Of a stretch of DNA of 64,000 bases, positions 8,299-16,722 are shown piece after piece. How positions within the stretch are numbered: the stretch's first letter is position 1; each line of letters starts with the position of its first letter. The notes under the pieces were generated by a model that was given only the letters and a program-made list of their open reading frames with translations, was not told the DNA's origin and made no database searches. Made by a program: the position numbers and the translations under genes. This DNA is from Escherichia coli phage vB_EcoS_Ace. The stretch lies in the sequence record MT833283.1. One strand, given 5' to 3'.

Positions 8299-10173
8299 AT
8301 GAATCGCAATGAAGAACTAAAGTATAAAGGAATGCAGTCCTTGATTCGAAACTGCAAAGAAATTATCGAAGGTTCAGCAGATGAAGAGCTGCTGTTTAAT
8401 AATGCCAATAAGCCCTCAGAACGTTTCCCTACACAAAGGGATATGCTTGCAGGGGAATTGAGTAAATATCTGATTCTGGAAGAAATGCCAATCCAGATTC
8501 GAAATGCTCACATGATTGGTGATATTCACTTCCATGATGCTGATTACGCTGCATTAGGTATGACTAACTGTTGCCTGGTTGCTTTGGAAGATATGTTGAA
8601 AAACGGTATGAAGGTTGGTAATGCTGAAATCAGTACGCCAAACTCCATTACTACTGCGGCTGCTATTACAGCTCAGATTATTACTCAGGTTAGCTCCCAT
8701 CAATATGGTGGTACTTCTGTAGACCGATTAGATGAAGTACTGGCTCCTTATGTTCGTAAGTCTTATGATAAGAATCATGCGTTTGCAAAACGTTGGACTA
8801 AGGATGAAGCCAAAGCATCTGTAATGGCTACGGAAATGACTGAGAAAGAAGTTTACGATGCCTGTCAGGGCCTGGAGTATGAAATCAATACGATGTTCAA
8901 CTCTAATGGTCAAAGTCCGTTTATTACCTTTGGGTTTGGTCTAGGAACTTCTTGGGAAGCACGTCTTGTACAGAAAGCAATCCTAGAAGTGCGTATGGAT
9001 GGTTTGGGTATCAATAAACGTACAGCTATCTTCCCTAAACTGGTATTTGTTTTGCGTGATGGCGTAAACATGAAACCTGGTGATGTTAACTATGATATCA
9101 AGAAGTTAGCTATGAAATGTACTGCTGAACGTATGTATCCTGACTACATCAGTTATGATAAGGTTGTAGAAGTTACGGGAGACTACAAAGTCTCTATGGG
9201 CTGTCGTTCATTCCTGGCTGCTGCGGAAGATGGTGAAACTTCTGGTCGTAACAACTTAGGCGTTGTTTCCGTAAACCTTCCTCGAATCGCTATCGAAGCG
9301 GAAGGAAATATTGATCTATTCTTCGATCTACTTGAGCTGCGTGTGGATACCGCGTTAAAAGCATTGGAGTGGAGGGTTGATCGCTTAAAATACATTCAAG
9401 CTAAAGCTGCGCCCATCCTCTATATGTCAGGAGCCTTTGGATTACGTCTGGGGCCAGATGAATATGTATTTGATCATTTCTACAAGCGTGCTTCCGTATC
9501 TCTAGGATATATTGGTTGCCACGAAATGTTGCAGCTCATGTTTGGTAAAGATGTAGATACAATGTCTGAGTCTTGTATCAAGTTCGTTCAACGTGTGCTA
9601 CAATATATGCGTGATCGTGCTGATCAGAAGAAGGAAGAGACTCAGTTAGGTTATAGTCTGTATGCTACACCATCTGAATCTCTGTGTGATCGCTTCTGTC
9701 GTCTAGACCGTGAGTACTTCCCAGAGCATGAGGATATTCTGGCTAAAGGATATTACACTAACTCCCATCACCTTGATGTAGAACGTAAGGTTGCTCCAAA
9801 TGTGAAATTTGATTATGAGTCTAACTTTACTCCTATTGCTTCTGGTGGGTGCATTTCCTACGTGGAATTACCTGACATGAAGAAATTCCCAGATGCCCTA
9901 GAATGGGTAATTAACTATGCTGCAAGTAAAGTTCACTACTTTGGTATTAATACTCCAGTTGATTCTTGTGGTGAGTGTGGATTCTTAGGCGAAACAATTG
10001 CTTCTGAAGATGGATTTAAATGCCCAATTTGTGGCAACCATGATCCTGAGACTCTTGAGGTAACACGTCGTGTTTGTGGGTACCTTGGTAATCCAGGTGC
10101 ACGCCCATTTAACCCAGGTAAACAGCATGAGGTTATGGGACGAATCAAGCATGCAGATGTAAGAGCTAAATAA
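8299..10173 (+). CDS. nrdD: Anaerobic ribonucleoside-triphosphate reductase (class III)
   Basis: 624 aa; C-terminal Zn ribbon CGECG..CPICG and glycyl-radical motif RVCGYLG. Confidence 0.9.
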   Translation: MNRNEELKYKGMQSLIRNCKEIIEGSADEELLFNNANKPSERFPTQRDMLAGELSKYLILEEMPIQIRNAHMIGDIHFHDADYAALGMTNCCLVALEDMLKNGMKVGNAEISTPNSITTAAAITAQIITQVSSHQYGGTSVDRLDEVLAPYVRKSYDKNHAFAKRWTKDEAKASVMATEMTEKEVYDACQGLEYEINTMFNSNGQSPFITFGFGLGTSWEARLVQKAILEVRMDGLGINKRTAIFPKLVFVLRDGVNMKPGDVNYDIKKLAMKCTAERMYPDYISYDKVVEVTGDYKVSMGCRSFLAAAEDGETSGRNNLGVVSVNLPRIAIEAEGNIDLFFDLLELRVDTALKALEWRVDRLKYIQAKAAPILYMSGAFGLRLGPDEYVFDHFYKRASVSLGYIGCHEMLQLMFGKDVDTMSESCIKFVQRVLQYMRDRADQKKEETQLGYSLYATPSESLCDRFCRLDREYFPEHEDILAKGYYTNSHHLDVERKVAPNVKFDYESNFTPIASGGCISYVELPDMKKFPDALEWVINYAASKVHYFGINTPVDSCGECGFLGETIASEDGFKCPICGNHDPETLEVTRRVCGYLGNPGARPFNPGKQHEVMGRIKHADVRAK

Positions 10174-10178
10174 TGAAT

Positions 10179-10212
10179 CAGCCAGGTCGCTAGTCGATCT
10201 GGCTTTTATTTT
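10179..10212 (+). terminator. Rho-independent terminator after nrdD
   Basis: CAGCCAG..CTGGCT hairpin followed by TTTTATTTT. Confidence 0.5.
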
Positions 10213-10214
10213 AC

Positions 10215-10243
10215 TTGCTTTCTAGCTAAAACTTATGTATAAT
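10215..10243 (+). promoter_or_regulatory. Early promoter TTGCTT-N17-TATAAT with conserved ATAAATTTGAGAGGAG leader
   Basis: Hexamers and spacing read directly; leader motif shared with the PN25-like promoter at 16663. Confidence 0.6.
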
Positions 10244-10272
10244 TGATTTATAAATTTGAGAGGAGAAAACGA

Positions 10273-10491
10273 ATGGCAAAAGTACCACAAGAATTTACGG
10301 ATGGAATTAAGGCAGATCTAGATGTAATGCTAATGGCCCAATGGGAGTCTGGCTTCCGAGATGGAATTGATTGTTGTGTGGCCGTGCTCGATACTATTAG
10401 TTGGCAGCTTATTCAATCTGGAAATGATGCAGAAGGCAACCTTCTAGCTAACCTTTCTAAACAAATTAGGGAAATGAAATGCGCAGATTAA
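10273..10491 (+). CDS. Hypothetical small protein (72 aa)
   Basis: ATG at 10273 preceded by GAGAGGAG RBS; track ORF begins upstream at a TTG inside the promoter leader; stop overlaps the Sir2-like start. Confidence 0.5.
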   Translation: MAKVPQEFTDGIKADLDVMLMAQWESGFRDGIDCCVAVLDTISWQLIQSGNDAEGNLLANLSKQIREMKCAD

Positions 10492-11321
10492 TTATTGTTA
10501 GTGGTGCAGGTTTGAGTGTAGATAGTGGTGTTCGTGCTTTCCGTACTGATACTGCTAGTGGGAAATCCTTGTGGGATGAGTACGATCTAGAGGAAGTATG
10601 TAGCTTGCCTAACTTTGAAGCTGGCTTCCGTCGCTTCTGTGGTGAAGATGATCCTAACTACTTCAGTGCTCGTTTCCCTGGCATTGATGAAGATGGTAAC
10701 GATCTGTATCTCAAGACTCATGAGTTCTACAACATGCGTCGTCAGGAATTACAGACTGTTGAGCCTAACATTGCCCATCTGCGAATTGCAGAATGGTTCC
10801 AGCGTTATGATGCGGATAGCGTGAAGAACTTCACTACTAACGTTGATGACCTTCTGGAACGTGCTGGTATCCCTCGTGATGAAATCATTCACGCTCACGG
10901 GTACTTGAAAGAGGTGATCTATCGTCAGGGTCGCAATCAAATCATCGAAGATGTTGGGTATACTGCGATTGCCCCTGAAGATTACGAATGGGTAAAACCA
11001 AACGTAACATTCTTTGGTGAGACGGCTCCGTGGTATATGGGTCAGATTAACCTGTTTGATACGCTTACTAGCAATGATATGGTTATTGTGGTAGGTTGTA
11101 GCAACCAAGTGATTGACTTCAACTGGGAACTATTCCCTGCTGTATGTCGTGGAACTAAGATGATGGTTGTTAACCCTCAAGTTCGCTATGATGAACAGCT
11201 TGAATATGAGAAACGTGGTGTTACTGTATGGCGGGCTGGAGCTGCCGAAGTTTTTGGTAACAAGCATTTCATTGGTCAAGTAGAAGCCTTTATGGAAGGA
11301 ACTATTTATGTCGCATCCTAA
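10479..11321 (+). CDS. Sir2 (sirtuin)-family NAD-dependent protein
   Basis: 280 aa; GAGLSVDSGVRAFR (sirtuin GAGIS..SGIP.FR), HAHG (HG catalytic His), TFFGE (FGE motif), VVGCS; no Zn-ribbon cysteines seen. Confidence 0.65.
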   Translation: MRRLIIVSGAGLSVDSGVRAFRTDTASGKSLWDEYDLEEVCSLPNFEAGFRRFCGEDDPNYFSARFPGIDEDGNDLYLKTHEFYNMRRQELQTVEPNIAHLRIAEWFQRYDADSVKNFTTNVDDLLERAGIPRDEIIHAHGYLKEVIYRQGRNQIIEDVGYTAIAPEDYEWVKPNVTFFGETAPWYMGQINLFDTLTSNDMVIVVGCSNQVIDFNWELFPAVCRGTKMMVVNPQVRYDEQLEYEKRGVTVWRAGAAEVFGNKHFIGQVEAFMEGTIYVAS

Positions 11322-11523
11322 TAAGGGTAAAATGGGAGATATGGGATCAGACCCCCGATTTTACAAATCGCCTAAAAGACACCCTGATGATATAATTGTA
11401 TGGCCAGATAAAACATGGTGCTATCGTGAAGAGTTGTGGGAAATGGATTATATGTCAGATGATTTCTGTGTAATCTATATCGACACACCGGAACATAAAG
11501 CGTTCCTAGAGGAGAACGAATGA
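11308..11523 (+). CDS. Hypothetical protein (71 aa)
   Basis: ORF overlapping the end of the Sir2-like gene; Trp/Asp-rich, no recognisable motif. Confidence 0.4.
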   Translation: MSHPNKGKMGDMGSDPRFYKSPKRHPDDIIVWPDKTWCYREELWEMDYMSDDFCVIYIDTPEHKAFLEENE

Positions 11524-11705
11524 TAAAGAAGATTTTTAAGGGTATCTGGAAAGGTCTAGTATGGTTTGTCAACCTAATCGGTATGATTACCATTTATTCT
11601 CTGTTCCTATCTGTTATGTGGGGTAAAGGTGAATTGAAGGTTCCGGTTCCTTTTACTGAGGAAGTTAAAGTCTGGACGTGGGATGCTACTGGTGGAAATA
11701 AGTAA
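11520..11705 (+). CDS. Hypothetical small membrane protein (61 aa)
   Basis: One hydrophobic segment (LVWFVNLIGMITIYSLFLSVMW); overlaps neighbours. Confidence 0.4.
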   Translation: MIKKIFKGIWKGLVWFVNLIGMITIYSLFLSVMWGKGELKVPVPFTEEVKVWTWDATGGNK

Positions 11706-12198
11706 TACTCCTGTGATTTTCCTGGATATTGATGGGGTGCTCAATTCGAGCATCTCTCACCATCATGCTCCAGACAGTGAAAAGCTGTTCTTTGGCAGTG
11801 ATTGGGTTTATAAGCCATTACTCCAGGCTTTTCAGAACTTTCTTAAACCCTCCCCAATAATGATTGTTGGGGTCTCTTCATGGTTTTCTGTACGAAATGA
11901 AATGGAGAACGTTCAGATTATGACCGGACTCGGTTTGATCGATCGTTTCCTTGGTACAACAGATTTTACTGGAGGTGGTTTATCTCGGGGTAATTCTGTT
12001 TTACGTTTCGTCGAAAAATATAAGCTCAAGCATTGGTGTGTCCTAGATGATGCTGGTGCTATGATGTACCAATTCCCTACTGTTATTGTAAATGGCAGGA
12101 CTGGAATAAACCTTCAAGATTTAAATGCTATCAGCTATATGCTGGAGTTTAGTCCAGATCTTGAAATGTGTAAGGCTCTTCAGAAACTTAAGGTGTAA
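11683..12198 (+). CDS. HAD-superfamily hydrolase-like protein
   Basis: 171 aa; motif I FLDIDGVLN near the N-terminus and a C-terminal VLDD acidic motif. Confidence 0.5.
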   Translation: MLLVEISNTPVIFLDIDGVLNSSISHHHAPDSEKLFFGSDWVYKPLLQAFQNFLKPSPIMIVGVSSWFSVRNEMENVQIMTGLGLIDRFLGTTDFTGGGLSRGNSVLRFVEKYKLKHWCVLDDAGAMMYQFPTVIVNGRTGINLQDLNAISYMLEFSPDLEMCKALQKLKV

Positions 12199-12200
12199 AT

Positions 12201-12629
12201 ATGTTCGATAATCTTTTCATGAAAGAGGTAAACCCTATGCTCCTCAACTTCTGGCGTTCTCTCCCTAATGGTATGTATAATGAAACCATCAATCTGCTTA
12301 AGATTTGGTGTGAGAATAACGATATCTTCCTATCCTTTAAAGGCCCACTAGAGGAAGCTCCATGTATTGGAGTTAGCGTGGATTTAGGTGAGGGAGTAGA
12401 AGAAATTGTAGACTGGAAAGAACTCGATGAAATGGGTCTGGTTTTTGCCTTGAACCATAAGCTGTTTATGCCTGCAAATCACCGTCTTATTGTAAACTAT
12501 CGCACTGGTGAAGCTCCTGCTTTCCAGGTAAATGAACGTGAGGGCTGGTCATATTCGCCCAAAGAAGTAAATGAGGGGATTCAGAAACTTCGTCGTTTCG
12601 GGTATATGATCCCAGGTTTAACTGCTTAA
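12201..12629 (+). CDS. Hypothetical protein, tandem paralog A (142 aa)
   Basis: Shares with the next ORF the blocks DW.EL..MGL..ALN, ..TGE.P and R.G..(I/V)PGL. Confidence 0.5.
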   Translation: MFDNLFMKEVNPMLLNFWRSLPNGMYNETINLLKIWCENNDIFLSFKGPLEEAPCIGVSVDLGEGVEEIVDWKELDEMGLVFALNHKLFMPANHRLIVNYRTGEAPAFQVNEREGWSYSPKEVNEGIQKLRRFGYMIPGLTA

Positions 12630-12638
12630 GGAGGCAGA

Positions 12639-13034
12639 ATGGAACAAGTATTTTGGCGTCAGATAGATCCTAGTTTGGTAGAGCGTGCTGAAGGGCTCCT
12701 TGCACGTTGGTTGGGGGTTGACAAGGTTAGTGTAACATTTCCGTTTACTTCTGTAACAGACCCTAGTGTAGGTGTCTTTGTGGACGAAGATGAAGATGAT
12801 GGTTGGGAAGCTGACTGGAATGAATTGTCCAGTATGGGCTTGATTGTTGCCCTCAACTTCTCTATATTCCATCCACGTGGCTTAGCCATTACACGTGACC
12901 CCGAAACTGGTGAATCCCCTTATCTTTTGCAAGTAGAAGATGATATTTGGGAGTACACCGAAGATATTCTCGAAGAAGCTAAAGGTCAATTAAATCGCAT
13001 TGGGATCTATGTTCCAGGCCTAAATGATGATTGA
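12639..13034 (+). CDS. Hypothetical protein, tandem paralog B (131 aa)
   Basis: Paralog of 12201-12629; GGAG RBS upstream. Confidence 0.5.
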   Translation: MEQVFWRQIDPSLVERAEGLLARWLGVDKVSVTFPFTSVTDPSVGVFVDEDEDDGWEADWNELSSMGLIVALNFSIFHPRGLAITRDPETGESPYLLQVEDDIWEYTEDILEEAKGQLNRIGIYVPGLNDD

Positions 13035-13059
13035 TTTTCATTAGTCCAATCCTGATTAC

Positions 13060-13086
13060 CGAGTCATTTTGGCTCGGTTTTCTCTG
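13060..13086 (+). terminator. Rho-independent terminator
   Basis: ACCGAGTC-ATTTT-GGCTCGGT hairpin followed by TTTTCTCT. Confidence 0.55.
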
Positions 13087-13125
13087 TGCTCAAAGACACT
13101 GATAGCACCTTCGGAAAAATTTTAC

Positions 13126-13154
13126 TTGCAGGATGCTCAAAATCTTGATATAAT
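13126..13154 (+). promoter_or_regulatory. Early promoter (TTGCAG-N17-TATAAT) with conserved leader
   Basis: TATAAT followed by ATTTATATTGAATTGAGAGAC leader resembling other early leaders; -35 is weaker. Confidence 0.45.
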
Positions 13155-13647
13155 ATTTATATTGAATTGAGAGACATTAGTAAAAATTGATTTTGCTAAT
13201 TTTTCTTGTTTACAATCCGCAATACGGAACAGTTAGGCTGCCCCATTAAGGGTTGTTTTAACTATTACTAGTGTTTATACTGCATTAGTTAATTATCAAT
13301 TAAGTGATCTGCGTACCCTGAATTCGGAAAGGTAAATCCAAACCGTGCATATTTAGCTCGTTATATAGGCAGAGCTTTATATGGGGGTGCGAACGAAAAG
13401 AGCAGCGAATGGTGACACGTCCAGTAGCCACCTACCAATAGGATAGTGAGGGCAATCAGAATAGGCTTAGCGGCCAATGACCTAGGTTCTGATCTGGATA
13501 AGAGTTAAGAGAGCGCAGCACTGAGGTATGATAACTTATTCATACTGCTTGATGATTAATGTTTGTGTAAATGGTAGTAATAGTTGTTCTATTCTTTTGA
13601 ATAGTCCTAAAGAAAGATATCCGAATAACCAACATAGGAGTATTGTT

Positions 13648-16437
13648 GTGTTCTCAATCCTACAAGGTCACGCAGGATTTTCCAGAGATAAAGCCACTGG
13701 CATCTGGAAAGAGATCAAAGTGGAAGATTACACCTTTGCAAAGCGATTCTCTAAAGAGCATCCAGAAGGTAAACCAGCTTCCATGCCCTTCAAATTTGAT
13801 GTACTTGAAGAACTTGACCCGCAAAACCTTGCTGAAATGTTACCTATCATGCGTCGTCTTACCAAAGACCCGCATATTGTAGCTATTCGTGGTAAATGTC
13901 TAGCTCCAAAAGATAATGTGCGTCGTACCAGAGGAAACTTTAACGTATCCAATCCTAGTCATATTATCGCTATGGACGTGGATGGTATTGTAGATACTGG
14001 TGGCTATGACAAGTTTAATCTTGTTGGCATGGCACGTCATATTATTAAGATGTTGAATAGTATTAGTGAGGATATGTTTCCTCTTGATGCAGGGTTTATT
14101 GCTCATGCATCGTCTTCGGCTGGATTAAAACCAGGTATCCGAATGCACTTAATGCTAGAATCTAATGTCAAGGTAACGCAGGGGCAATTAAAATTCTTAT
14201 TTACATCCATCAATGACAGTAGTAAGCAAAAGTATGGCTTTGATATTGCTGACTTAGCTTATTATTCTTCTGTTCAGCTTCACTATTTCGCAGATCCCTT
14301 ATTTGATGATGGTATAGTCGATCCGTTTAAAGCGGAGAATAAACCACGTCTTGTGTATGTTAAGGGTTCGAAAGTGAATCTACCCAATAACCTAGTTGAC
14401 TTTGAAACAACTAGAGGTGAGTTTAAAGAAGAATTCTACTCCTTACTTGACCAAATTAAAGGCAAGAAGGCTGCATCTGATAAAGTGGAAGAAACCATCA
14501 GCGAACTAGAAGAAGCTGAGGATGGGGTGTACCTGCGTATTATCCCAAAACTTTATCACAGAGCGTTAGAAGATGGTGTTGACTTTACGTGGTTAGAACG
14601 TGAGATTAAACCAGCTTTATCTGAATATATTGCAACTAAAGATAATAGTCGTAATATTCAAGATTACTTTAATAACGGTCGTAAGCAGGCTCTAAAAGCC
14701 TTTGTGAATAACTCCAAACGTGAGATTCCACCCAACTTAAAAGGTGTACCACTAAAGCGTCTGGACACAGATTCACCGCCAGAAGTTCCATACTTGAAGA
14801 TTAACATTGTACCCCCAAAAGGACATTTAACATTTGTTAAGGCAAGTCTTGGTACAGGTAAAACCACAGCAGTAACTAAGTGGCTAGATGCAGGTGTTCT
14901 TCCAGGAAACTTTATTGCAATCACGAATACTAGGGCACTTGTATCTTCAAACGCGAAGAAATTCGGTGCTGGTCAGTATGATAAGTCAGTTGATATGCTG
15001 AACTTCAAACGTGGTGCTATTGATCGTATGTCTTCAACTATTCACTCTATCCATAAGTTCAAGAGCTTTGTGGGTCAGATTGATACGATCTTTATTGATG
15101 AATGTGACGCAGTAATGAATGATCTGTTATTCGCCCCGGTTGTTAAAAACCGTCGTGAATGTATTCAGGTTCTTCGCGATATTCTTATTACTGCAAAAAC
15201 GGTTATCTTATCTGATGGTGATATCAGTGCAGAAACGATTGAAGCCTATGGTTCTTTGATTGATTTTGATAAACCGGTCGCGTTCTATAATCATCACCGT
15301 AAAATGCTGGCAAAAGCTCATGCATATGAGTTCCCTGATGAATCCAGTATTTGGGTCGCACTCCAGACTTCACTAGAGATGGGGGAGAAATCAATCCTAG
15401 TATCTGACTGTGGGCCAGATGAACTGAATGAAAAGGGGATGGCGTTACGTCGTAACACTGGTGCGTTAGTTAAAGAAATTCACTCAAACTCTACGTCTGA
15501 TGTAGATATCCGACGTATTCTGGATTACACTACTAATGAGCTAATTGATCAACAGATTGATTGTTTGTTATGTAGTCCATCTGTAACGAGTGGCGTTGAC
15601 TTTAACTATTTTGATAACGTATTTGTTATCACTAGAACCTCAAACCAAGCGCCAAACATGCGTTTTCAAGCAATCAGGCGCGACCGTGGTGCTCAGAACA
15701 TTTATTATTTTATTGATAAATCTACGAGTGGATTTTCTGCGGGTTCCGAGCAATATAATATTGACGAAGGTTGGATTGAGTTAGCCCAACAACTGTACGC
15801 ACGTCGTCGTGAGCTGGAATCTAGAAACTATACTAGTACTTTGCGTTATTATCTGCTTGATCAGGGTGCAACTATCGATATTTTCAGCGAAAGCTGGGGA
15901 ACTATCGAAGGTGCAGGAAAAGAGTATACAGAAGAGCGAATCAAAGCTATTTTGCACTCAACTCCTGAATATTGTGCACCACGTCATGCAGATGCCTATG
16001 AAGCCAAGTTACTTCTGGTTCGCTATTATCATCTGGATTCTATTAAAGATGTAACAGTGGAACACGTTGAACAGTATATCAAGGATAAACCAAACGATAG
16101 AGCTGCATTCTTCCATAAGATGCACGACATGTTCTGGGAAGATATTAAAAAGTGTTCAAACGTAACAATCAAACCGTTTATCGAAGCTCTTAAGAATAAG
16201 AAGAAGGATTTCTTCCTTAAGACAGGTCAGAGCGCTAACCCAAAATATGCTCGTATGTATCTTGGCATGATGGGTATCGGTAAAGATCTGGATACGGAAA
16301 AGATTGTGGACTGGTACAGAACTTACTGTAAGATCGAATGTATGCCGATTCCAGTTAAGTTTATGACAGATGAAGAACGTCAGATGCATGAGGAAGCTCT
16401 TGCTGAATTGGGGGCTAGAAATGACAGCGAAGAATAA
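13648..16437 (+). CDS. Putative replication origin-binding / helicase-like ATPase
   Basis: Walker A GTGKTT and DExD-type IFIDECD; probable GTG start at 13648 with AGGAG RBS 7 nt upstream (track ORF begins at 13528 without RBS). Confidence 0.6.
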   Translation: MFSILQGHAGFSRDKATGIWKEIKVEDYTFAKRFSKEHPEGKPASMPFKFDVLEELDPQNLAEMLPIMRRLTKDPHIVAIRGKCLAPKDNVRRTRGNFNVSNPSHIIAMDVDGIVDTGGYDKFNLVGMARHIIKMLNSISEDMFPLDAGFIAHASSSAGLKPGIRMHLMLESNVKVTQGQLKFLFTSINDSSKQKYGFDIADLAYYSSVQLHYFADPLFDDGIVDPFKAENKPRLVYVKGSKVNLPNNLVDFETTRGEFKEEFYSLLDQIKGKKAASDKVEETISELEEAEDGVYLRIIPKLYHRALEDGVDFTWLEREIKPALSEYIATKDNSRNIQDYFNNGRKQALKAFVNNSKREIPPNLKGVPLKRLDTDSPPEVPYLKINIVPPKGHLTFVKASLGTGKTTAVTKWLDAGVLPGNFIAITNTRALVSSNAKKFGAGQYDKSVDMLNFKRGAIDRMSSTIHSIHKFKSFVGQIDTIFIDECDAVMNDLLFAPVVKNRRECIQVLRDILITAKTVILSDGDISAETIEAYGSLIDFDKPVAFYNHHRKMLAKAHAYEFPDESSIWVALQTSLEMGEKSILVSDCGPDELNEKGMALRRNTGALVKEIHSNSTSDVDIRRILDYTTNELIDQQIDCLLCSPSVTSGVDFNYFDNVFVITRTSNQAPNMRFQAIRRDRGAQNIYYFIDKSTSGFSAGSEQYNIDEGWIELAQQLYARRRELESRNYTSTLRYYLLDQGATIDIFSESWGTIEGAGKEYTEERIKAILHSTPEYCAPRHADAYEAKLLLVRYYHLDSIKDVTVEHVEQYIKDKPNDRAAFFHKMHDMFWEDIKKCSNVTIKPFIEALKNKKKDFFLKTGQSANPKYARMYLGMMGIGKDLDTEKIVDWYRTYCKIECMPIPVKFMTDEERQMHEEALAELGARNDSEE

Positions 16438-16654
16438 AAAGTGGGAAACAAGGAAGTTTCCCGTAAAAGAACGTAAAACTTCTGTTTACGATACTGCGGA
16501 GAAACTATGTAGGGTTGTACCACCTCGTCTCGCTGGCATCCCTAACGTCTCCATATGGTTACTTAAACAACGGAAGACTCGTGTGTCTCTTCGTATTGGC
16601 TTTGAGTTAGATAAAGTCTATGCTGAACTTGCTTCTTTGCTCAAAGAATCGTAA
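16421..16654 (+). CDS. Hypothetical small protein (77 aa)
   Basis: ATG at 16421 overlapping the end of the preceding gene; basic, KK-rich. Confidence 0.35.
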   Translation: MTAKNKKWETRKFPVKERKTSVYDTAEKLCRVVPPRLAGIPNVSIWLLKQRKTRVSLRIGFELDKVYAELASLLKES

Positions 16655-16662
16655 AAATTTAT

Positions 16663-16691
16663 TTGCTTTTAGGAAAATTTTTCTGTATAAT
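16663..16691 (+). promoter_or_regulatory. Phage T5 PN25-type early promoter
   Basis: Recalled PN25 sequence (pQE-vector T5 promoter) TTTATTTGCTTT.AGGAAAATTTTTCTGTATAATAGATTCATAAATTTGAGAGAGGAG matches except one position in the spacer. Confidence 0.85.
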
Positions 16692-16722
16692 AGATTCATA
16701 AATTTGAGAGAGGAGTTTAAAT

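Noticed and set aside
13380-13520. GC-rich island considered as a tRNA gene
   Set aside because: No GTTC(R)A T-loop motif or acceptor-stem complementarity found by eye; kept only as a candidate structured RNA/origin in the findings
13528-13647. N-terminal 40-codon extension of the origin-binding-like ORF
   Set aside because: Cys/Asn-rich, no RBS; the GTG at 13648 has an AGGAG RBS at ideal spacing
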